NCBI GenBank assembly: GCA_035384605.1
Contig: DAOOIV010000006.1
Span: 9,148 to 73,147 of the forward strand
From: Phycisphaerae bacterium
Lineage (GTDB): Bacteria > Planctomycetota > Phycisphaerae > UBA1845 > PWPN01
Length of the DNA: 64,000 bases
Reading direction: 5' to 3'
Shown here: positions 36,590 to 44,064 of the stretch, piece after piece
Layout: the number at the start of each line of letters is the position of its first letter
Position numbering within the stretch: the stretch's first letter is position 1
Position numbers and translations under genes: made by a program
The notes under the pieces: generated by a model
What the model saw: only the letters and a program-made list of their open reading frames with translations
Databases searched by the model: none
What the model was told of the DNA's origin: nothing

Positions 36590-37420
36590 CTAATCGTGCG
36601 TCGGGGCCCCGGCCGGTTCGGCCATCGGCTCCTCTCGCACTTCGTAGCCCGGCAGGCTGGGAAGATTGACCTCGCTGGCGGCCATGCCTTTGTTCAGTCG
36701 GACGTTGGAGAACGAGGCAACGATCTCCTGCTTGTCCTCCTTAGCCACCGTCGCAACCCGAACCGGTACGTCCAGCGTCCGGTCGATGTGGAAGTGGACT
36801 TTGCCGTAGCGGCGATCCAGTTCCGTTCCCGGCAACGGTGTGCATTCCAGGTGATCCGAGTTCGGCGGGTCTGTCGGGCCGGGAGCAACAAGCTTGATGG
36901 TGAAGTGACGAATGATGTCACCTTTCTTCTGGCCGAAGGGCATCGGGAAAGGCCCCTTGCCAATTCGGAAGAGATCTTCGGCCTTCTCGCCCGGTCCCAC
37001 GACTTCTCGCTTGATCACCTGTTTCGACCGCTCACGGACCTCGATGTACCACCGACCGTCAAAGACATGCCACTCCTTCTCTTTCTCGACCACCCCTTCG
37101 ACGATGCACTCATCGAAACGAATGAAGAATCGCGGGCTGGGCTTGTCTTCGATGAAACGAAGAACACCCTTGTACTTCTGCTCGTAATCGATTAAAGGGT
37201 CTTTCTTGATATACACCAGATCGGCCTGCACATCGCGCACATCCTTGTTCTCCAGCCGGTCGAGGATCTTCTCGACCGCCGGATCCAACGGCGCGGGTTG
37301 AGAGGCGGGCTCAGTTGCCGGGCGGCTCGCCGAAGGCCCCTCCTCGCGGCTTGCCTGCCCGCCGGAGGCACCGCAGATCAAACAAACCGCCGAGAAGCAC
37401 GCGATGAATCGTACACCCAT
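36590..37420 (-). CDS. LolA-like / outer-membrane lipoprotein-sorting fold protein
   Basis: Signal MGVRFIACFSAVCLICGASGG. The mature part (DLVYIKKDPLIDYEQKYKGVLRF ... WHVFDGRWYIEV) resembles LolA-like beta-barrel half-shell families. This is a fold-level guess only. Confidence 0.55.
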   Translation of the reverse strand: MGVRFIACFSAVCLICGASGGQASREEGPSASRPATEPASQPAPLDPAVEKILDRLENKDVRDVQADLVYIKKDPLIDYEQKYKGVLRFIEDKPSPRFFIRFDECIVEGVVEKEKEWHVFDGRWYIEVRERSKQVIKREVVGPGEKAEDLFRIGKGPFPMPFGQKKGDIIRHFTIKLVAPGPTDPPNSDHLECTPLPGTELDRRYGKVHFHIDRTLDVPVRVATVAKEDKQEIVASFSNVRLNKGMAASEVNLPSLPGYEVREEPMAEPAGAPTHD

Positions 37421-37681
37421 CGTCACAATCCTTTCAGAACCAAGATCTCGTGGCGACACACGCGCACCGGCCGCGCGCTCATCCCCCAGAATTGTAAATA
37501 CCGAGTGGCGGGGTAACAAGATCCGGGTGCACCCCGTTTTCGGTGGCGTTACGAAGGTAGGGTATGGTCAGAATCCGCGCAGCGCATGAGACCTGCCGAC
37601 GATTCTGTCTTACCCGCCGCAACCATCGACCGATGTCGCCACCGTTTCAGAAACATGCCCATAAGACTCGGATCACCGAAT

Positions 37682-37864
37682 GAGTCCGTGACAGAAGCGG
37701 CGGCACTCCTCGCGGCTGACCCGGTTGTCGTGAACGCAAGCCAGACCGCTTCAGCGGTCTTTCCCGAAGGGCAAAGAGGCCGCCTTTGGCGGGCAAACCC
37801 GCTGAAGGGCCTTGATCGCCCAACCTGGACCGGTCGGCATGCCCGCCGAGACTGTCACGCACCC
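37682..37864 (+). mobile_element. MITE-like TIR element, copy B (183 bp)
   Basis: Termini are GAGTCCGTGACAG ... CTGTCACGCACCC (11 of 13 inverted). It is flanked by perfect direct repeats TCACCGAAT at 37673..37681 and 37865..37873. The interior is hairpin-rich (for example AGACCGC-TTCA-GCGGTCT). Confidence 0.85.
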
Positions 37865-37987
37865 TCACCGAATCGCCCGCGGACCCTGTCGGCAAGGTCA
37901 GACAGTCTGAGCTTCCGCGCCCGTTGTTCACGAGGTACCATCTATCGGCAGCACACCACTGGGGCTTGCCGGCCAGTGCGCAATTGA

Positions 37988-38080
37988 CCTAAGCGGACCG
38001 CCTTTTTGCACGCCGCAGCTCAAGCGCACTGCGATCCAGAAGCATTCGAGCAGGCCGCACGGTTGTCGGGCCGTAAGGTT
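37988..38080 (+). repeat. ~94-bp intergenic repeat family, copy 1
   Basis: cctaagcggaccgcctttttgcacgccgcagctcaagcgcactgcgatccagaagcat...gccgcac-N8-ggccgtaaggtt aligns with the copies at 48638..48731 (reverse) and 54937..55030. Confidence 0.8.
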
Positions 38081-38119
38081 CTGTTAGAGGCGACACCGGC
38101 ATCAGTCGAAAGGAAGCCA

Positions 38120-38911
38120 ATGGAGTCGCGCAGTCTTCAACCACTACACGGTCGGACGGTCGCGGTCACCCGCATGCGTGATCAAGCGGACACTCTCGGC
38201 AGGTTCCTGCGGTCGGCCGGCGCGGAGGTGATCGAGGCCCCGACCATCGAACTCGGTCCGGTCGAGGACTACCGCAAGGTGGATGACGCCCTGCGACATC
38301 TCGATCGCTACCAGTGGCTGGTGCTCACCAGCGCCAACGGCGTCGACGCGATGTGTGACCGGATCAGGGCCATCGGGCTCGACACCCGCTGCCTGGCTCG
38401 GGTGAAGATCGCCGCGATCGGCTCTGCCACGGCCCGGCGGCTGACCGAACAAGGTGCGCGGCCAGACCTCGTGCCCCCCGAAGCGGTCGGTGAATCAATG
38501 GCCCAGGCACTGGTCGAACAGGGAGTGCGGGGCAGCCGCATCTTGCTGCTTGTGGCCGACATCGCCCGGACGCAACTGCCCGACGCGCTGCAAGCCGCCG
38601 GTGCCCAGTGCGACAGTCTGGCCATCTACCGGACCAAACGGCCTGCGGCCCTGCCTGCGGTCTTCGTTGAGCGACTCGATCGCGGCCAGATTGACTGGAT
38701 CACGCTGACCAGCCCGTCGTCGTTCGTCAACCTGTTGTGGTTGCTTGGGCCGCAGCACTGTGAGCGGTTGCACACCGTGGGCCTTGCCAGCATCGGTCCG
38801 GTCACCACACGGGCCATCCGCGAGGCCGGGTATTCGGTGGCCGCCGAGGCCGACCCACATGATATTCCCGGCTTGGTCTCGGCCATTATCGACGCCTCAA
38901 CGCGAGACTGA
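38120..38911 (+). CDS. hemD: uroporphyrinogen-III synthase
   Basis: LHGRTVAVTRMRDQADTLGRFLRSAGAEVIEAPTIEL, WLVLTSANGVDAM and WITLTSPSS show the two-lobe HemD pattern. The ATG at 38120 follows GAAAGGAAG. The upstream part of the ORF translates the repeat. Confidence 0.85.
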   Translation: MESRSLQPLHGRTVAVTRMRDQADTLGRFLRSAGAEVIEAPTIELGPVEDYRKVDDALRHLDRYQWLVLTSANGVDAMCDRIRAIGLDTRCLARVKIAAIGSATARRLTEQGARPDLVPPEAVGESMAQALVEQGVRGSRILLLVADIARTQLPDALQAAGAQCDSLAIYRTKRPAALPAVFVERLDRGQIDWITLTSPSSFVNLLWLLGPQHCERLHTVGLASIGPVTTRAIREAGYSVAAEADPHDIPGLVSAIIDASTRD

Positions 38912-39070
38912 AACCCGTTTGAGTTCGTCCCAGCCTGTCGGGACCCCTCCCACCCGTCTTTGAGCTTTGATCTTTTCCTGCTGCAGGCCCTCGCCCATGG
39001 CTCAACGCCTCGGTTAGAATGTGGCGGTCGCTCGTCAACCCGAGTGCCATCTGTACGTTGAGGAGAACGT

Positions 39071-39751
39071 ATGAGTCTGCAATACCGGGTCATCAGTATT
39101 GGGACGCTGAGCCGAAACCGTTTCTGGGGCGAGACCGAGCCCAAGCGATTTCCACACGCCACCACAACGCTGATCCGGGCGGACAATGAAACGATCCTCG
39201 TGGACCCTAGCCTTCCGGCGGAAGTGCTGGCACAGCGGCTGGAGGAGCGATCAGGTCTCAAGCCTGAGCAGATCCAGGCGGTTTTCCTGACCACATTCCG
39301 CCCCATACATCGACGCTCCCTGTCGCTCTTCTCCGGAGCCACGTGGCTCATGTACCGGCCCGAGATCGAGGCAGTACAGGCACACCTGAACGAAATGCGC
39401 GAACGAGCCCAGGAGGGACCCGAGGACCCGGAACTCTGCAAGCTGCTGGATGAGGAGGAATCTCTTGTGGCTCGTATCGAGGCGGCCCCGGAACACCTGA
39501 CAGCCCAGACTCATCTTTTTCCCGCGGTCGGTGCAACGCCGGGATCAGCAGCTTTGCTGCTTGCCTTGCCGACGCAAACCGCCGTCATCACCGGAGATGC
39601 GATCGTCACTCAGGAACACTTCGCGGCCGGGCAGGTATACGAGCATGTGGCCATGATAGAAGCTGCCCGCAAGTCGTTCGAAGACATTCTAGAAGTGGCC
39701 GACGAGGTGGTTCCCGGTCACGACAATGTCTTTCGCATCGGTGGCCTTTAG
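39071..39751 (+). CDS. MBL-fold protein with a degenerate metal-binding motif
   Basis: ILVDPSLP ... AVFLTTFRPIHRRSL stands where HxHxDH is expected. The C-terminus has VVPGHDNVF. AGGAGA SD. Confidence 0.5.
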   Translation: MSLQYRVISIGTLSRNRFWGETEPKRFPHATTTLIRADNETILVDPSLPAEVLAQRLEERSGLKPEQIQAVFLTTFRPIHRRSLSLFSGATWLMYRPEIEAVQAHLNEMRERAQEGPEDPELCKLLDEEESLVARIEAAPEHLTAQTHLFPAVGATPGSAALLLALPTQTAVITGDAIVTQEHFAAGQVYEHVAMIEAARKSFEDILEVADEVVPGHDNVFRIGGL

Positions 39752-39891
39752 TCCCCCCAGAGGCGTTTGTCAAGCACAGGGGCCATCTGGCAGGAAAGGC
39801 GTCGGCAGGTCACGAAGCCGCACGGTATAGCTGTCCTTGACACCCACGGAAGGGCTGGGTAGTCTCGACTGCGATGATCGGAGCGTGAGAG

Positions 39892-40299
39892 ATGGAAGTC
39901 CGCATGGACCTCGCCAGGATCGTGATCAGCGATACGAGCGAGCAGCAAATCATTGTCCTGCAGGAACACGAGGGCTCTCGCCAATTCCCGATCGTCATCG
40001 GGCTGGCGGAAGCTTTGGCCATCGATCGCCGGGTCAAGAACATCAGCACGCCACGGCCGCTGACGCACGACCTGTTGGCCAACGTGATTCGCGAACTGAA
40101 TGGGGAACTGGAAAAGATCGTCATCCATGATCTCCGGGACCACATTTTTTTCGCGAAGCTTGTGATCCGAAGCAACGGCAAGCTGATCGAGGTCGATTCC
40201 CGGCCGTCAGACGCGATTGCCCTTGGCGTGGCGAGCGATGCGGCCATCTACGTGACAGAAAACGTCCTCCGTCAGGTGTGTGAGTCTCCCGAAGCCTGA
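39892..40299 (+). CDS. bifunctional nuclease family protein (DUF151/BFN)
   Basis: IIVLQEHEGSRQFPIVIGLAEALAI ... PRPLTHDLLANVI ... VDSRPSDAIALGV are characteristic BFN blocks. Confidence 0.85.
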   Translation: MEVRMDLARIVISDTSEQQIIVLQEHEGSRQFPIVIGLAEALAIDRRVKNISTPRPLTHDLLANVIRELNGELEKIVIHDLRDHIFFAKLVIRSNGKLIEVDSRPSDAIALGVASDAAIYVTENVLRQVCESPEA

Positions 40300-40335
40300 G
40301 GAGGAGAAGGCCCTGCGAACGCTGAAGAGGTAGCA

Positions 40336-41754
40336 GTGAGCATTACGGGAACCGAGAACGGCTTGTCGACCCGGACAGATCAGTTTCTCCAACTGTGCGA
40401 ACAGCGCTGGCCGGCTCATCAGCCGCGACCCGCCGTTGTGACGCGCGCTCCTGGCCGGCTGGATTGCATGGGCGGTATGGCCGATTTCAGCGGTGCGCTG
40501 GCCCTGCAGACGACCATCGAACAGGGGGTTTACGCAGCCGCCGGTCGCCGCGACGACCAGCGAATTCGGGTTGAGTCGGTGGGCTGGAATCAAGACGGAC
40601 AGCCTTCCGTCTTCGAGTGGTCTTTGTCCTGGTTTTATCAGTCCGACGGCCAATTCGTCACCGCAGAGACACTCTCGTCGAAGTTCGATGCCTGTCCATG
40701 GGCCCGTCACGTTGCGGGCGTCTGTCTGGCTTTACTGGAATCAGGCGATCTTCCGCATCTGGCCGGCGGGGTCAATTTCCTGATCCAATCCGATATTCCG
40801 CCTAAGGCGGGCTTGGCTTCGTCGGCGGCTCTGCAAGTGGCGTGCGCCAAGGCTTTGGCTGCTCTGTTCGACCTGGAACTGACGGCACAGCAGTTGGTGC
40901 GGGCCTGCCAACTGGCGAACACCGAGGTAGTCAAGAATGAGTCCGGCCTGGTGGATCATGTGACCTGCCTCTTGGGCGAGCCTGATTCCCTGCTGGAGAT
41001 TCGCTGCCAGCCTCAGGAGGTCATCGGATCGCTGGCGATGCCCAAGTGCGCGGCCTTTGCGGGTGTGTATTCGGGTTTGAGGCTTCCCTTTTACCAGGAA
41101 CGCTATGCCGACAACCGGGCTGCCTCCCTGATGGGCAGGTACATCATCGAGCAGATCCTGCGGACCTCGGGGGATCCGGGTGAGCTTAACAGCGCCTACC
41201 TGGCGAGTATTCCGCCCAACGAATACGTTCGACGATTCCGCAACTATTTGCCGCCCAAGCTTCGTGGTCGTGATTTCCTGGACCACTTCGGACAGCCCCC
41301 GGAGTTGGACATCATTATCCGGCCCGGGCAGGTATACAAGGTCCGCTCCCGAACGGAGCACCACATCTACGAGAACGACCGTGCGCACCGTTTCATGGAA
41401 CGGCTGGCCCGCGTCTACCGCACCGGCGACCTGGACACCCTAATAGAGGCCGGCGAACTGATGTATGCCTCCCACTGGAGTTACGGCCAGCGATGCGGGA
41501 TGGGAAGCATTGAAACAGACGTCCTGGTCAATTGCATCCGCGAGCGCGGTCCGGCCTGTGGCCTTTACGGAGCCAAGGTCACCGGCGGCGGCTGCGGTGG
41601 AACAGTGGCCGTCCTGATGGCCGACACATCGGCGGCCCTGCAGGCACTTTCCGATGCATGTGCCGCATACGCGGCGAAGACGGGCAGGCAGCCCATGTTG
41701 CTGAGCGGCAGTTCGCCGGGGGCAATGGCGTTCGGCCACCGGAACATCGGTTGA
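40336..41754 (+). CDS. GHMP-family sugar kinase (galactokinase-like)
   Basis: APGRLDCMGGMADFSGALALQ, PPKAGLASSAALQVA (GHMP motif II) and GAKVTGGGCGGTVAVL. GTG start follows GAAGAGG. Confidence 0.8.
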   Translation: MSITGTENGLSTRTDQFLQLCEQRWPAHQPRPAVVTRAPGRLDCMGGMADFSGALALQTTIEQGVYAAAGRRDDQRIRVESVGWNQDGQPSVFEWSLSWFYQSDGQFVTAETLSSKFDACPWARHVAGVCLALLESGDLPHLAGGVNFLIQSDIPPKAGLASSAALQVACAKALAALFDLELTAQQLVRACQLANTEVVKNESGLVDHVTCLLGEPDSLLEIRCQPQEVIGSLAMPKCAAFAGVYSGLRLPFYQERYADNRAASLMGRYIIEQILRTSGDPGELNSAYLASIPPNEYVRRFRNYLPPKLRGRDFLDHFGQPPELDIIIRPGQVYKVRSRTEHHIYENDRAHRFMERLARVYRTGDLDTLIEAGELMYASHWSYGQRCGMGSIETDVLVNCIRERGPACGLYGAKVTGGGCGGTVAVLMADTSAALQALSDACAAYAAKTGRQPMLLSGSSPGAMAFGHRNIG

Positions 41755-41969
41755 CCGGCCTTGCGAAGACCGGCGATTTCCAGTGACTACAGAACTTGAC
41801 GGCCGGAAGTCTGTGCGTCTTGGTTCCTTCCGTCGCACCCGACGTGCATTTTGCGCCCATTTTTCCGGCCCCGCCCAGCCGCTTCGATTGCGGCCTTCAA
41901 TCCCCATCGGACGCCCCTCGTCCTCCGAGCGGATGCTCTGGCCCCAAGTCCCCAGCCCTGCTGCTTTGG

Positions 41970-42030
41970 TCATGGATCGGGATCACAGTGCGCTTTGGCT
42001 GCCGCCTGTAAGAAGTGGTTCGCCTTCGAT
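41970..42030 (-). repeat. possible degenerate fourth copy of the ~94-bp repeat family
   Basis: ggatcgggatcacagtgcgctttggctgccgcctgtaagaagtggttcgcctt is about 65-70% similar by eye to tggatcgcagtgcgcttgggttgcggcccaccaaaaggcggaccgcctt (48680..48728). Confidence 0.3.
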
Positions 42031-42113
42031 CACCGGCGCTTGCCGCCCTGAAGCGATCTGACGTCCTTGCCCGGCGCCGATGCCCCCGGTTTCCTGTGAC
42101 ATTTCGTCCGGTC

Positions 42114-42500
42114 TTATCCTGGTGCAGACGAGGTGGCCGGCTCGCGACGATCGATCTCCACCTTGAGGGCCACGAGATTCCGCTCGCCCTCTCTCTTTTC
42201 CACGCGGCCGAGCACCTTTACCCGATCGCCGATTCGCACGTCATCAAGGCTGGCGGTCACGCCGTCGATGAAGATCTCCGCCTCGGGAGAAAGCCGTCCG
42301 TGAATCTCAACCGGCTTGCGGTGTTTCTCGCTGAAGTAGGACATCGAGACCTCACCGCTGGTCTTCTCGATCCTGGTGACCTTCCCGGAAATCTGGTCGT
42401 ATTCGGGTAATTCCGAATCCTCTCCGCATCCGCCAGCCAGGAGAGCACCGAAGAGCAACCAGAAGGCAAAGATGACGACAATTGAGGATCTCGTGGTCAT
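42114..42500 (-). CDS. small lipoprotein, function unknown
   Basis: Signal plus lipobox MTTRSSIVVIFAFWLLFGALLAGGCG. The 128-aa mature part looks beta-rich. Confidence 0.65.
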   Translation of the reverse strand: MTTRSSIVVIFAFWLLFGALLAGGCGEDSELPEYDQISGKVTRIEKTSGEVSMSYFSEKHRKPVEIHGRLSPEAEIFIDGVTASLDDVRIGDRVKVLGRVEKREGERNLVALKVEIDRREPATSSAPG

Positions 42501-42730
42501 AGGGGCACCTTCTCAGTATCGTCAGGCAAGCTTCAATCGATGGGCCGTCTGAAGCCGGCCGGTGTTGCCGATGTTCGTATACCTCATCTGGCCTTGCCTT
42601 GGCAAGTTCTGACCCTCTCTTCTGGCGATCCTTCATGGACCGGATCCTGATCGGCCATCGGCTCGCCCGCTTGTGGCATCCCTGCCGCCTAACGCCTATA
42701 ACGTACTCGATTGGGCTGGAGGAAACGAGC

Positions 42731-43573
42731 ATGGCGGATGGGCCTTCTCAGGTGGAAGAGATGTTCGGGGTCGGCAAGGCCCTTGTGGGGATGGTTCACG
42801 TGGGCGCATTGCCCGGCACGCCGCTGTTCTCGCGGCCGATGCCGGCGATCATCGAGCAGGCCGTCAGCGAGGCTCGACTGCTGGCCGACGCGGGCTTTGA
42901 CGGCATCATGATTGAAAACATGCATGACCGGCCGTACCTGCGCCAGAGGGTCGGGCCGGAGATCGTCGCGGCCATGACCGCCGTTCTCGACGCCCTGCGC
43001 GCGGCGGTCAGCAAACCGTTGGGTCTTCAGATTCTGGCCGGGGCTAACCGCGAAGCTCTGGCGGTCGCGGCCGCCGCCGGGGCTTCTTTCATTCGCGTTG
43101 AAAACTTCGTTTTCGCCCACGTTGCCGACGAGGGCCTCATGTCCGAGGCTGATGCAGGCCCATTGCTTCGCTACCGGCGAGAGATTGGTGCCGAGCACAT
43201 TCGCATCTTCGCCGATGTGAAGAAAAAGCACTCCGGCCATGCAATCACCGCCGACGTGAACATCGCGCAGGCGGCCCGGGCGGCGGCCTTCTTCGGGGCG
43301 GACGCCATCGTGGTCACCGGCCCGATGACGGGCGAGGCCGCGACAGTCGGGGACGTCCGGGAAGTGGCTGCTGCCGTGGAAATCCCCGTGGCCATCGGCT
43401 CAGGCATCACCCCCGACAACCTGCCGGTCTTCTGGGACCTGGCGGATGTGTTTATCGTGGGCTCTTTCATCAAGCAGGACGGGCGATGGTATCACCCGCC
43501 CGATCCTGACCGGGTCAACGCCCTCATTCGGGCCGTCAACCAGCTCCGGCGAGTCCAAAGGTCCGGACTCTGA
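42731..43573 (+). CDS. BtpA/SgcQ family (TIM-barrel) protein
   Basis: GMVHVGALPGTPLF ... ADAGFDGIMIENMHDRPY ... ADVKKKHS ... IGSGIT are typical BtpA blocks. The ATG at 42731 follows GGAGGAAA. Confidence 0.82.
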   Translation: MADGPSQVEEMFGVGKALVGMVHVGALPGTPLFSRPMPAIIEQAVSEARLLADAGFDGIMIENMHDRPYLRQRVGPEIVAAMTAVLDALRAAVSKPLGLQILAGANREALAVAAAAGASFIRVENFVFAHVADEGLMSEADAGPLLRYRREIGAEHIRIFADVKKKHSGHAITADVNIAQAARAAAFFGADAIVVTGPMTGEAATVGDVREVAAAVEIPVAIGSGITPDNLPVFWDLADVFIVGSFIKQDGRWYHPPDPDRVNALIRAVNQLRRVQRSGL

Positions 43574-43678
43574 AGAATCGGCTGGCCATAGGGGAAGTGG
43601 AGGACTAGAATACGGGCACAAAACATGGGAGGCGTGGGCCTGCCCAGTATGAGGTGAATTCACCGCGGAGAGACGCTC

Positions 43679-43900
43679 ATGACAAGATTGCTGAGGTTGA
43701 TTATGTCGGTTGGCATAGTGGTCGCCCTGGCCGGTTGTGCGGCTACCGATGGCGGCAGCACGCAGAGGCAGGCGAGCGAGCAACCCGGCGTGGCAAAGGT
43801 CTCGTCAGAGACCGGCGGCGAGAAGGCGGGCTGTCCGAAGACCAAGTGCTGCGGTGAGAAAGCCGCCGGCTGTTGCCACAAGCCCTGCGAGAAGAAGTAG
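43679..43900 (+). CDS. small lipoprotein with a Cys-rich C-terminus (metal-binding candidate)
   Basis: Lipobox VVALAGC. The C-terminal 22 aa, CPKTKCCGEKAAGCCHKPCEKK, contain 6 Cys and 1 His. Confidence 0.6.
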   Translation: MTRLLRLIMSVGIVVALAGCAATDGGSTQRQASEQPGVAKVSSETGGEKAGCPKTKCCGEKAAGCCHKPCEKK

Positions 43901-44003
43901 GCTTCTACAGGTCAGCACTGCATTCGAGCGACGCTCACGCGAGCTGCTTCGGCGGCTCCTGATACTTGCGCTGGCAACCTACCGTAATCAGCAGCATCGG
44001 TTG

Positions 44004-44039
44004 AAAAAGGGGCGGGCACTCGGCCATGCAGGCCCGCCC
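44004..44039 (-). terminator. rho-independent terminator for pckG
   Basis: Perfect 8-bp GC stem GGGCGGGC (44010..44017) / GCCCGCCC (44032..44039) with a 14-nt loop. On the minus strand it is followed by a U5 tract (A5 at 44004..44008), 26 nt after the pckG stop. Confidence 0.65.
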
Positions 44040-44064
44040 ACTCTTATGCGCATGCCGTCCTCGA

